64,000 bases of DNA, from positions 7,254,001 to 7,318,000 of the forward strand of contig CM022668.1 of assembly GCA_012295275.1 (NCBI GenBank), written 5' to 3'. Under the pieces are notes generated by a model, which was not told the DNA's origin, made no database searches, and saw nothing but the letters and a program-made list of their open reading frames with translations. The translations under genes were made by a program, and so were the position numbers. Numbering within the stretch: position 1 is the stretch's first letter; each line of letters begins with the position of its first letter. This document shows, one piece after another, positions 15,741 to 28,500 of the stretch. Origin of the DNA: Chrysomallon squamiferum (Eukaryota; Animalia; Mollusca).

Positions 15741-18250
15741 GAAATAAAGAATTAGAAAATGAGATATTAAAGAAGGAGAGAGAATAAAAAAAAATATCCA
15801 TAGAGAGTATGTGAGTGAGAGAAAAATATGTTTGTGTGTGTGTGTATGTGTGATTATTTGGATTGCATGTATGTGTGTTGTGTGTGTGTGTTTGTGAGTA
15901 TTTGGATATAGTGTATGTGGTGTGTGTGTGTTTGTGAACATATAGGTTAGTTTATGTGGATATGTTTGACTGTTTGCATATGTTTGTACATGAGTAAGCA
16001 TGTAAGTGTGGATATGTTTGACTGTTTGCATGTGTTTGTACATGAGTAAGCATGTAAGTGTGTTTATTTATGCATATTGTGTTGTGTGTGTGTGTGTTGA
16101 AGAAAGAATGATGAAGGATATAAAAGAGAGAAATGCATTGAAAGTTGGAAAGAGAGAGAGAGAGGAGGAATAAGAATATGAAAAGAGGGGGAAATTAGAA
16201 AAAACAGCAAACCTCCCCCACCAGCAACAACATAACAAGGATGAATGCCACTCAGAAAATGTAGATCGGGAAAAAATAAAAATGTGTTAAAGAGGAAATA
16301 ATATAATGAAGAACAAATAAACAAATGTTAATAAGATAAAAGAAGAAGAAAGTGACACACACAGAAAGAAAATAAGATAAATTCAAGTAATGTCAAGTCA
16401 TCAGTTTTACTTAGTGCACACAGACTCAGATTTCTTACTGGAACTGTTGTTCCACTACCATTTATCAAAGGTCACAGTGAATTCTGTACTCTCCTTTTTA
16501 CTGCTGTTGTTGTTTTCATTATTTGTTATTGTATGTTTAAATAAATAAATAAATATTAAACTATTTAAAAATCCTGAATTCTTGTGTAGCCATTAAAAAT
16601 ATAATTTAAAATACAAATTGAAAAAATATAAGAAAAATAAGAAAATATAATTTTAAAAAAAAGTGACTTTTGAAACTGTTTGAACCATTTTCATCATCAT
16701 CAATCATCATCATTATTTTCCAAATGAGTTTCCTACCACATCTCAAAAACAAACAAAAACAAGAAGAAGAAGAAGAAGAAAACACAACACCATCCCTACC
16801 CCAACAAAAACAATAAATAAATAAACTGAATGGAGAATGTTGCATGGTGACTCAGTTTGTTAATCTAATTTCATCTTTCTAGTACTCAGTCTGTTTTGGT
16901 CTGAGTAAATGTGTATTTGTTAATTTGTTTATTTTAAATATACTTACACACATTTACCTACTCAAACAAACACATGCACAGATACACATACACAATACAC
17001 AGTACACTTTCATTATAAAGTCATATGAAGTTTAACATTTTTGTAATTTCTGATCTATGTATGACAGAACTGATCTGTAAAAAAGGAAAATGGAAAATAA
17101 TTTTACAATTTTTAAACATATTTATTGTTGAGATTCTTTCTTTTCAACATAAAACACCATAACTGTGGATAAAATTATGATATGATTCTGAAGTTCTAAA
17201 AATACCTTTTGTAGCTGATGTTATACTATAATGATCATGGTCATATTGAAAATTAATATATTGCTACATATTTAATCCTACAAAAATTATTTTCTCTTAT
17301 CTTTCTCACAGATCACTTCTGTCATGCAGAAGTTATACAAGTTTAAACATTAAATAAAATAATAATAAAAATAATACATGGATTTGAGTTAATAAATTTG
17401 TATGTATTCATTTGTCCATTAATTTTTACATAAAACTGAAAAACAAGTGAAAAAAACCCAGGTAAAAAATATGTAGCTTCTGCCAGGCAGAAAGTAATTA
17501 TAATGAAGTATACATTTTTTTTTTTTTGACTAAACCAAACAACAGTAAGAGATAGTGAAAATGAACCAGCTGTTTCACCTTGAACTATTTAGAGTTTATT
17601 TAACAGATCTGAAATTGATCGCCTGGACTTTATGCTGATTTTTGACCTCATCATTCTTAATCTGGGTCACCTGCTTGACTAATCCACTGATTGTTTTGAT
17701 GTTAGACTGTATTATAACATTTTCTGTTTGTCTTTTCTTCTAACCTTTGTTTTCCTCTTCCTTTTCTTTCTTACTGAATTCTCGGTAATCTGTCAATCAT
17801 TTTCTCCTTTGTTTGGTTTTCTTTCTTTCTCTCTCTTTTTATGTTTCTACTTTCTGATTCTTTCTTTCTTTCTTTCTTTTTATCTCTGTTTTTCTTACTG
17901 TCAGATTCTTGCTTTCTCTCTTTCTTTCTTGCTATCTGTTTTTCTTTTTCTGATTTTTCTTTTTTTCTTCATTTTACATCTTCTTACTCTGATTCTTGGT
18001 TTCTTTTTCTTTTCATTCTCTGTCTTTCTCTCTTTCTCATTTTATGTTCTTACTCTATTGCATTCTTTCTGTCTTTCTTCTCTCTCTCTGATTTTATCTG
18101 TTGTTCTTTCATATACTTTTTTTCTCTTTCTTTCATATATTCTCTCTTGCCTTCTTTGTTTTTCTTGCTCATTTCCTTTTTATTTCTCCTCATTCTCTCT
18201 AATTCTTTCAGTCATCTTTTTTCCTTTCACTCTGTAATGTTTCTGTTTGT

Positions 18251-18354
<104 letters not shown>

Positions 18355-18794
18355 TACACACACACACTATTATCATTTCTCATACGCCCACAACCTAAGT
18401 TGCAAATATCCAGATGTTTTTAGTTTTTTTAATTCCTGATTAGACTAGTTATCTCTCCTACTCTGCTTCATTAACAAACTGTTTTCATATTCTCATCTTA
18501 ATGATTACAAACACCAGAGACAGACAGAGTGAAGGATCAGCAGTTTAAAGTTAAAACTGGTCAAATAGACTGACGCAGTATAATGATTGCAAGGAATATT
18601 GTGAAAACACTATAATGCTTGAGACTGATACAGATTCCTTTCATTTAAGTTTAAAATCAGTGGTGACTGTTTTCAATTTACCTGTCTTCTTTAGATCAGC
18701 TGAAGTATTTAGAAATAGCAAGATAGGAATTATACATGTGCATGCCCACACCCACACACCAACACCCACACCCACACACCCACCCACACACACA

Positions 18795-18885
<91 letters not shown>

Positions 18886-19520
18886 ACAAACACATGTACA
18901 CACACACACACGCACACACACACACGCACACACACATGCACACACAGACACACACACACCACACACACACACACACAGTCACACACAAACATACACAGAA
19001 GCCAAAATCTTTGAATCTATAGTAAAAATAGTTATATATATATATGAAAAATAGTTATAAAATTACAAAAATTATAATTTTACAAATAAAAATTGTAACT
19101 CCTGTTGAAAATCTGATTGTAATTTACCTGTAAAAAAATATTAAAATTACTGATCTTAAATATCCTAGAAAATTATTGTAATTTACTTGTAAAAAATGTT
19201 ATTAAAATTGCTGATTCTAAATATCCCAGACAAAAAAACCAAAAAATGCCTAATTTACCTTCGCATTTTTAAAATTAAAATTTACTGATTTTAAATATGC
19301 CAGAAAATTATTATAGTTTATGTATAAAAAAAATTAATTAAAATTACTGATTTCAAATATAGAAAATTAGTGTAATTTATTTCTGAAAAATCTCTAACAA
19401 ACAATTATAGTAAATTGCTGTTTGTAGGCCTGAACAATATGTATAACGTGTTGAGTTTAATTTTTTAATTTTTATTTAATTTAATTTAATTTTATTTAAA
19501 ATTTTCCTTTCTTGTTTCAG

Positions 19521-19657
19521 GGTGAGAGGAAACAATGCAGTCAGATTACACATTTATGTTGACACACACAAACAGAAGAGTTCCACAAATACGTATCTGT
19601 CAGCCTATCTGCAGTTATCTCCCCTCTTACTAAAAATATCTGCCAGTAACATAACAG
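19521..19657 (+). other. Candidate 5'UTR exon of the klu-like gene
   Basis: Pyrimidine tract TTTCCTTTCTTGTTTCAG acceptor and CAG|GTAATT donor flank 137 nt of unique sequence. The ATG at 19535 meets a stop inside the exon (uORF). No transcript evidence. Confidence 0.4.
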
Positions 19658-21189
19658 GTAATTTTCATGTTTTTTTTTTTGTTTGTTTGTTGTTTTTTTT
19701 TTGTTTTTTTTACTAGAATCTTGGGAGATATGATTTAGTTAGCTAGTAACAATGTTACCTTCAGCAAATAAAAAAGAAAACTAATATGTAGGTTATCATT
19801 TACCAAATTGTTTACCACTTGTATTGATGTTAACATTTGAAAAAGTAAAAACAGTGGTATTAAAACATGACTGAGGACATGTGGTTACTGTCATTAAATC
19901 ACTTCCCACTGGTGATGATGTTAACATTTAAAAACCAAATTATGAATATGGATAATTAACACACAATAGCTACAAGGTTATCGTTCTTAAATGATTTTTC
20001 ATTGGTTTTGATATTAGCATTAATATCAAATTAAACAGTGGTGATGGAAGACTGACATGTGACTCATGTCATAAGGTTATTGTTTATCAAATTATTTTCT
20101 GCTGGCACTGATATTAACTTTGGACTGTAAACATATGGAAGGATAAGATAAAACATAATTTATCATTTACTAGATAATTTTTCATTAACGACAATGTATA
20201 CAGAATTTGTGAACTAGAATAATATAGCTGATGCTGTAAGGTTGACATTAAGCAAATTATTTTTCACTGATGATAATGTTAACCTTCATCACTAGGAAAA
20301 GCTGAAGGAGAAAAACATCCAATGGTATTTTGTTTATAGATAAAATTAATAAGAGAAAAAAGAGAAGAGAATTAGTGTATATATGAGTGTGTGTTTGTTT
20401 GTGAGAGTATATTTATATACAAAAGTACGAGGATATTATTTATTTACATGTTTTCGTTCTCATACATACATAAGTACAGGTGTGATTTCAAACTAAAATG
20501 TATTTAATTACTTTTTTTTTCATATATCCATACTGTTGCTTGAAATTCTTCAATTTACAACAGATAAAATACTGAACTATAAACCATCTTTGTTCAAAGC
20601 AGTGTAAATGTAACACAAAAATAAAATACCATCTGGAAATTTATAAAATTTATTTAACTATACACAATTTATTAAAGCTATTAAGTAGACTTCAACAGGA
20701 AATCAACCTATATCCATTATCACTTTGACTTAACCAGCTGTCACAGATGTCTGCATGTGTTTGTTAATTGTGAAAAGATAGTCATAGCATGTTTGATGAC
20801 ATTAAAAGAAAGTTACTGTGAGAAATTGAATGTATTTCATATTAGCTAAAAGTCAGTTTTAATTATTTATAACAGGTGTTTTCTCTACCTTTTTTTTTTC
20901 TTTTTTTTCTATATATATTTCTGTATCTCAAATTTTTTCCCCCCCCAACCATCATTTTTCTTCTCTCTTTCAGTTAGTCTCTCAGTCTCTCCTTTCATAC
21001 CAGTATATTGCTCAAGACTTTCTGATCTTTAATCTTACAGTATCTGCCTGATGCATATAGCATGGCAGGACTATTGTGAAATATTCTTTCCTTTTTTTAA
21101 TTGTAAATTTAATATAATACACTAATTAGATGCAGCTGTGTTGAAGCATGCATGCTGTGGGCACACATTTAGTTAGCTGCTCAAATCAG

Positions 21190-21620
21190 AGTTAAAGTTA
21201 GAAGGAAAGTCCTGGTTTATCTGCTGAAAATGTTAGCGTTAGTATGTTAAAAATAAATTACTGCTCTGCCAGCTTAAGATATTGTTGTGTTAGGATGTTA
21301 GAAATATAATCCTGACCTGTCTTCTCAAAATGTTGAGATTGTTTGTTAGAAGTAAATTCCTGGTTTATCTGCTGAAAATATTGCTGTGTTAGTATGTTAG
21401 AAATAAATTCCTGGTTTGTTGGCTCACTATATTATTCTGTTAGTATGTTAGAAATACAGTCCTGGTTAGCCTGTTCAAAACATTGGTACAATTTTTCTTT
21501 TAGAAATAAAATCCTGGTTCATCTGTTTATGTAGTTGTTAGTTGTTAGCTGGGTTATCTTTTCTTGATAAATAGTACTGTTAGTATGTTAGAAACACAGT
21601 CCTGGTTTTATGCCCAAAAT
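21190..21620. repeat. Degenerate tandem repeat, unit about 60 bp
   Basis: Recurrent TGTTAGTATGTTAGAAATAAATTCCTGGTTT-like core. Confidence 0.75.
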
Positions 21621-21997
21621 AGGATTAATATGTGAATCAGATGAAAAAATAACAAAAATATAAAAGGGGGAAGGAATATCTAATGAAGACAGTTTTGAAA
21701 TGTTTGTATGTAGGAAAACATTGGTCGGTTGTTTTGACCATGATAGTGTTAATGAAAAAGTGAATGATCAAGATGGTATTAGAAGGAAGAAGTGGTTACC
21801 AAAAAGGAATTCAGAGTTAGTGTGTTAGTTAAAATAAGAGCTGGGAGACCAAGATGGTGTTAGTGTATTAGAGGAATCCCATTTATCAGTATTAGTTAGT
21901 GTGTTAGTGTGTTAGAGGAATCCCATTTATCAGTATTAGTTAGTGTGTTAGTGTGTTAGAAAAATAAAATATTAGTATCAGTCCTCTGAACAAGAAT

Positions 21998-22185
21998 GGT
22001 TGGTGTTAGCATGTTGCAGTAGTGGTTGGTGTTAGCATGTTGGAGTAGTGGTTGGTGTTAGCATGTTGGAGTAGTGGTTGGTGTTAGAATGTTGGAGTAG
22101 TGGTTGGTGTTAGAATGTTGGAGTAGTGGTTGGTGTTAGAATGTTGGAGTAGTGGTTGGTGTTAGAATGTTGGAGTAGTGGTTGC
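21998..22185. repeat. 26-bp minisatellite, 7 copies
   Basis: Unit GGTTGGTGTTAGAATGTTGGAGTAGT. Confidence 0.95.
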
Positions 22186-23014
22186 ACAGAAGAAATGCTC
22201 TCACTTGGTGCCAGCACAAGGATGTGATCCCAGTTCCTCCTGATCTTTATTCGTTGACTTTACTAATCTCATGTCTCTGTCAGTATCAGCTTACTGTTGT
22301 ACACAGTTTGTTTTAAACATTTCTTTACATCATTTGGCCACACCCAGTGTTTATAATGAAAAACATATAAACTTGATGACAAAAACATTTTGTAATAACC
22401 GTAGTCTGGTCAGTTTAATGATTTCATTCTGAAGACCATGCTGCACAATTGTTTTAGCATTAATAAGGGAACTGTTGCTGAAAATGCTTTAGCATTCATG
22501 AGAATGTTGCTGAAAATGCTTTAGCATTCATAAAGGTGCTTAACTGAAAACATTATTGAATTCATTAGGGAATTGTGGCTGAAAATCTTTTAGCATTGAT
22601 TAGCATTCATACAAGAACCACTACTGAAATATTTAACTTTTGTACAGGGATGTTGGCTGAACAATTACTAGATTCATATGATGAATGTTGCTAAAAAATC
22701 ATCTATTTAAAAGCTGTGCAATTACAAATTTAGAAAAAAAGAAGAAGAAGAAGCCTGTGAAGGCCTAAAAAGAAAAATAGTGGTTTTATTTTGATTCAAA
22801 GACAGAAAGAAAAACTGAAATTTCAGTGACTTGTAAAGAAGAAACCACATGTTTCTTGTAAGAATGGCATTCTTTTCTTTTCTTACACATTTTGTGTTAA
22901 TTATATTCTGATTTATTTATTTATTATTTTTTTTTTTTAATTTTAATTTTATTTATTTGTTCATCTGTTATTTAACTGACATTTTTCAACCTTTCTGACT
23001 ACAACAGCATCAAA

Positions 23015-23020
23015 ATGAAG
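23015..23020 (+). CDS. Candidate start-codon mini-exon (Met-Lys) of the klu-like gene
   Basis: CAAAATGAAG|GTAAGC: good initiation context and a consensus donor in phase 0, matching the phase-0 acceptor at 25554. Confidence 0.5.
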
Positions 23021-23747
23021 GTAAGCTTAATTTACATTTCTTTGGGGAGATTTTAAGACTGGTGTCTTCTTTAATTTTATGTTTATTTATTATGTTTGTT
23101 TATTATATATATTAATTTTATTATGGTAATGATGATGATGATAATGATGATTATTATAATTATTATTATTATTATTATTATTTATTATTTATTATTATTA
23201 TTTTATTTCTTTATTTATTTTTAAAATTTTATTTATTTGGTTTGTAACCACACTTCATTCATTGCAGGATTGAGATAATGATTTCATTGAAGCTGTATGT
23301 TACAAACATGAGTTTCACGATGTTTGTACATGTTTTAAAAATCCCTGCTTCTTTCTGTGGTTCTGTGCAGTGTTGTTTTCTCCACTGGAAATATTGCTAT
23401 CCGATTTATTGTCATTTTTCATTCATTGATTTTCCTTCTTTCTTTCTTTTTCTGTCATTCTCTCCTTTATCTGGGTTGTGGTAGGATGTATCTTTTTTAC
23501 TGTGTGTATCATGAGAACAATAATAATAATTATTTAATAAATTACATCTTGTTTTATGTTTACAGGATGATTTCAATAGGCTTATTCTTCTATTTTTTCA
23601 AATTTTTAATTGCACAATTTTTAACTAGATAATTGTTTTAGTAATATTCCTCATATGAATCTAGTAATTCCTGTATAAATGCTAAATATTTCAGTAGTGA
23701 ATGCTAATAATATTTCAACAGCATTCTCTCATAAATGCTAAAAGATT

Positions 23748-24185
23748 TTGAATCTGAGTAGTTTTGGAAAAGTGGCAGTCCTCTTACTAATAATGCATTA
23801 TAGATATGGTCTGGTATTTACATAAATTATTTTATCTGAATTTGAATCAAAGTAACTTTCAAAAAGTGGCATTACACTTACAGATATTTTCTGGTATTTA
23901 CATATAATTTGTTTTACCTTAGCATGATAATTTGAATCTGACTTGTCTTCAAAAAGTGGCAGTCCTCTTATTAAAAATATATTTTATAGGTCTTGTATTT
24001 ACAAATATAGATTTACCTTAACAATGATTTGAATCAGACTGGTCTTCAAAAAGTGGCAGTCCTCTTATTAAGAATGCATTTTATAGGTCTTGTATTTACA
24101 AATAAATTCTACCCTAATGGTTTGAATCAGACTGGTCTTCAAAACGTGGCACTCCTCTTATTAAGTGAGATTTGAATCTGCTAGA
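23748..24185. repeat. Degenerate tandem repeat, unit about 93 bp, about 5 copies
   Basis: Recurrent TTTGAATC...AAAAGTGGCAGTCCTCTTA core. Confidence 0.8.
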
Positions 24186-24749
24186 CATGTAAATGTGTGA
24201 TAAACAATCCATTTCAGAAATATAGTTGTGTATTTACGTACATATTTTAATGTCAGTAACATGATTTAAATTTGGCTAGTATTGAAAGACTCGGATCTCT
24301 TTTTAACACTGCATTATAGAGATATGGTCCTGTATGTACTATATTTTATTTATTTATTTGTTTGGCAAGGTGATTTAATTTGTCATAAAAGAGTGAAAGT
24401 CCTCCCATAGACAAATACTGGAGATACACTGTAGTGTGTGTGTGTGTCTGTGTTTCTGTGTCTAGTCAAATTCAGATTGTCATTGTAAGTTATAAATAAA
24501 CACACACATACATATACAAATACAAACGTAGACACACACATACTTAAAATTCTATGAGTTTACAAAAACAGCATTTAAAACAAGGGATATATATACCGTG
24601 TTGCCTTGTCAACAGCTGAACTGTTTTTAATACACAGTTTTACTGTAGCTATAGTTTCACAGTAAAGTTACGGTGTATACGCAGTTTAGATTCTTGTCAT
24701 AACATTCAAAATAGAATCTTGAAAAGAATAGAAAAATACAAAAGTACAT

Positions 24750-25340
24750 AAATAATAATAATAAAACTATATTGCAGACAGTATTTACATATCACAGTTT
24801 TCAATGAGGTCAGTTTTGAGCTTTGATTTGAAACAGCTGGCAGTTTGCAGTTCTTTAGCTGACGATGGTAAATCTCCAGATTTCAGAGGAATACATCACG
24901 AAATCATATCACAGTATGAGCACATAATTAATTTGTGATAAACCAGAAAAATGCATTGAGCATTCATGTTTAAAACCAATCTACCAGGAGTTTACAAATA
25001 CACTGCAGCACTTTGAATACAAGTAGACGCATCGTGAAAATGATCCAGGAACCAAGAGGGAGCTGGTGAAGTTTAACTGTGACAGGGATTCAGTGTTTTA
25101 CCACTGCTTGGTTTGGCTAATCAGATGAGCATCAGGCATCTTTATTTTTGACTAGGTGAAGTTTCAACAATGGATCTGATGGTAGACCTTGTAGCAAGTT
25201 GTTGCAGTAACCTATGCATTAGACAATAAGCTGATTATCATGGCTGATGTTTTACAAGTGGAAGTTTGAAGTATTTTAAATAATTTCATTCACTTGGGCT
25301 GTCATAGAAAATGAATGTATGTATTTGCTATTGGCCCTCA
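24750..25340 (-). mobile_element. Degenerate 3' end of an L2/CR1-group LINE (ORF2 C-terminus)
   Basis: Minus-strand fragments GYCNNLLQGLPSDPLLKLHLVKNKDA, PVTVKLHQLPLGSWIIFTMRLLVFKVL and LPSSAKELQTASCFKSKLKTDL occur in the order of the L2 motifs DYCNSLLxGLP..KLQxxQNxAAR, PVLxxLHWLP..RIxFK and LP..FKxxLKTxL, with stops and frameshifts. An (ATT)n tail lies near 24750. Confidence 0.8.
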
Positions 25341-25394
25341 CATTTTGTTTGATAAACAATAACTTATTGATTGTATTAATTATTGTCTTTATCA

Positions 25395-25441
<47 letters not shown>

Positions 25442-25553
25442 TTTATTATCATCATTGTTAAATTATTGTTGTCATATTAGTATTATTATTTTTATCATTG
25501 TTATATTGAAATTATTATCAATCATTTATTATTATTATTATTATTATTTACAG

Positions 25554-28500
25554 TTCTACATCAACAATGACCAATCGAGACCCTTTTCACCATTTGTATT
25601 TGACAACTACACCAACCCAGCCTCCATCGTCCTTAGCAACGTTTCCATGAGCATGATGGGACATTCGCCTGGAAGCTCCGCGGAGCCAAGTGCCACTACA
25701 GCTGTTTCTACGAGCTCAGCTGTTTCCACCAGTGACTACCCAGCTATCTGTCTTCAAGCTGCTGTGGCCAGAACCACAGAGACAAAAAAACAACCTCCAA
25801 CATACCCACAAGTAGAAGAATATCAGGAACATTTTCAGCATCAAGGAGGAAGAGTATTTGAGGATCCTGCCTATTCACAAGCAAGACCTTTGCCAGATCC
25901 AAATCAGCAAGGAAGAATTTTGCCAGATCCTAATCTGCAACAAACCAGAGAGTTTCATGACCCAGCACAGATTCAACAACTTGTTCAGCAGCATTGTCAA
26001 GGACTGACGTATGAAAGAAGGGAATCTTATTTGAAAACAGAGTCTGACAGTGTTTCCTTCTATGGTCCACCTGTGAAGCAGCAGTGGCCAGAGGAAGCAG
26101 GGCATCAGACAGAAAGAGGTGGGCAGGGTAATCCTCAGATCTCATACTACCATGACCCATTTCCTCACTCTCCAGGCAAAGAAAATCCACAGTTCAGATT
26201 TGACAAGGTTCAGTATGATGATGATAAACCAGTGAAAGCAACGACTCAGATGTTGGAGAAGATAGAAATGGATCCTAGTAAGAAACATCTCTGGGACGCT
26301 GTTTCTAGGAAACAGATGTATGAAGGACGAAACCGACCCAGACTTTGGAATCTTGGTGATGAAAGAACATTCCTGGAAACACCCTCTGATTCTAGTTCCA
26401 GCAACATCGAGGACAGCAGTAGCAGCAGAGAACATTCTCCATTCACTGGTGCTGACTATTCCTCTCATCCACATCATCCTCCTTCTCTCTCCCAGTCTTC
26501 AGGATCGGGTGACATGATGGAAAAGAAAGATTTCAGTTACCCTGGACTGGAGAGCCATACCAAGGAGGAGTTCTCTGAGCAGGACAAATCAGGGATTTGT
26601 GGTGCTAAGTTTAAGAAACGTTTGCAGGAACGGTACACATCCAGTCTTCACGAGACTCTGCTGGACGCCCCCAGACTACACAGACCAGGTCATGCTCAGG
26701 GGCAAGCTGGGAAGAGAATCCATCTCTCAGCACCAGAGATGGAAGATCCTAACACGTTACATGCTGACTATGGAACATCTGGCACTGCCCGGATGCAGCA
26801 TCACAGCTTTCCTGACACTTCTCTGCAGAGGACTTGCAGTGTGAGTTCAGACACTCAGGAAGACAATGATGTTTTCATGGAGCCTTCGTCACCTATGTTA
26901 GCCCTGACCAGAAAATCACGGCCAGCACCTCTGCAGCAGAATGAACCTCTTGACTTGTCTAAGTGGCCGTCTGTCACTTCAAGATTTGACACTGCAACCC
27001 AGGGAATTGAAACAAGTCCAAGAATTAGTCATGGGCTGGAGACAGTCCCAAGGATGGTATATGGACCTGAAACGAGCCCTAGACTACCACAAGGACAAGA
27101 AATGAGTCCTAGATTGTCCCAAGGTTCTGAAACAAGTCCTAGGATGTTTCATGGATCAGATACTAGCCCTCGATTACCACAACCACAAGAATTAAGCCCA
27201 AGACTATCTCAAGGGTCTGACACGAGTCCTAGATCTTTAAAAGGACCAGACACTAGTCCTAGAATGTTTCATGGAGCAGACCCTGGGCAGTTTGATGTGA
27301 GCTCTTACTCCTCAATATCTGGTGCCAAAAGACAACATTTAGACATTCAGGGAGGAGATATTACTGAGCCATCTCATGATCCCTCTCTATCTCAGACTCC
27401 TGTCAGTCCAAGCTTAACTCATCATGAATCAAATCTCCGTTATCCACATCAGGAATCTTCTTCCCTTCCTCAACAAGACCCTAGCTATCATGAACCTAAT
27501 GTTGCCTCTCAGCATGACCCCAGTTTAACTCCACACCAAGATTCTAGTCTGCCTCCTGAGAGACTCCCAGACTCTGAACTGAGTCCCAGCAAACAGTACT
27601 CACCTGTGACATTCCGATCACCTCACCGCCTGCCTTTTTCTCCTCACACCATCATGTCTCCTCAGTCACCTCTGTGTTCAGTTCCCGAGGGAGGACGAAT
27701 CTTCAACTTCAGTGTCCCCTGTCCTATGGAAGGACCTCATTCTGATTCAGACCTTTTGTCACCAAGTCCTATGTCTCCACGATTTTTCACCTTTCCTCCT
27801 CATGCCTCTGTTTTGAGTTCGATGTCAGAGGTGAACCGTTTGGCTGTGTCACCGAGGGCACTGTATCCCACAAGCCCTTTACCCCTGGTCTCTTTCTCAT
27901 CCAAACAGCCATACAGACTGAAAGAGGAACCGAAAGGATTTTACGAGAAACGTTCACTATCTGAATCAGACATGACATACATCTGTCCAATCTGCGGCCA
28001 GGCCTTCCCTTCCTATGATAATCTAGCTAAACACATGGCCAAACACCTCCCCACAGAGACAGTGCGCGCCGCAGACAACAACAAAATTCACTACTGCAAG
28101 GTGTGCAACCGGTCGTTTTCCCGCAGTGACATGCTGACACGTCACATGCGACTGCACACCGGCCTCAAGCCGTACGAGTGTGCCGACTGTGGTCAGGTGT
28201 TCAGCCGAAGTGACCACCTCAACACTCACAAGAGAACTCACACAGGTGAGAAGCCCTACCGATGCCCTCAGTGTCCTTACGCTGCCTGCAGACGAGACAT
28301 GATCACTCGACACATGCGCACTCACAACAAACGCACATCGAAACGAGGGCGGTATTTGTCCGTTCCGGACTCGGAGAGCAGCGATGTGAGGAAGAGTTCT
28401 GTGTCGAGCACAGAGACAACAGACTCACAGCGCACGTGTTCCATCTCCAGCGTCGACAGCATCGACTCTGATGTCAGCCACAAGAAGTTCAGCTTGGAGT

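Noticed and set aside
25383-25553. Poly-Leu/Tyr N-terminus of the 1206-aa ORF resembling a signal peptide
   Set aside because: It is an intronic (ATT)n tract with a TTG start upstream of the acceptor at 25553.
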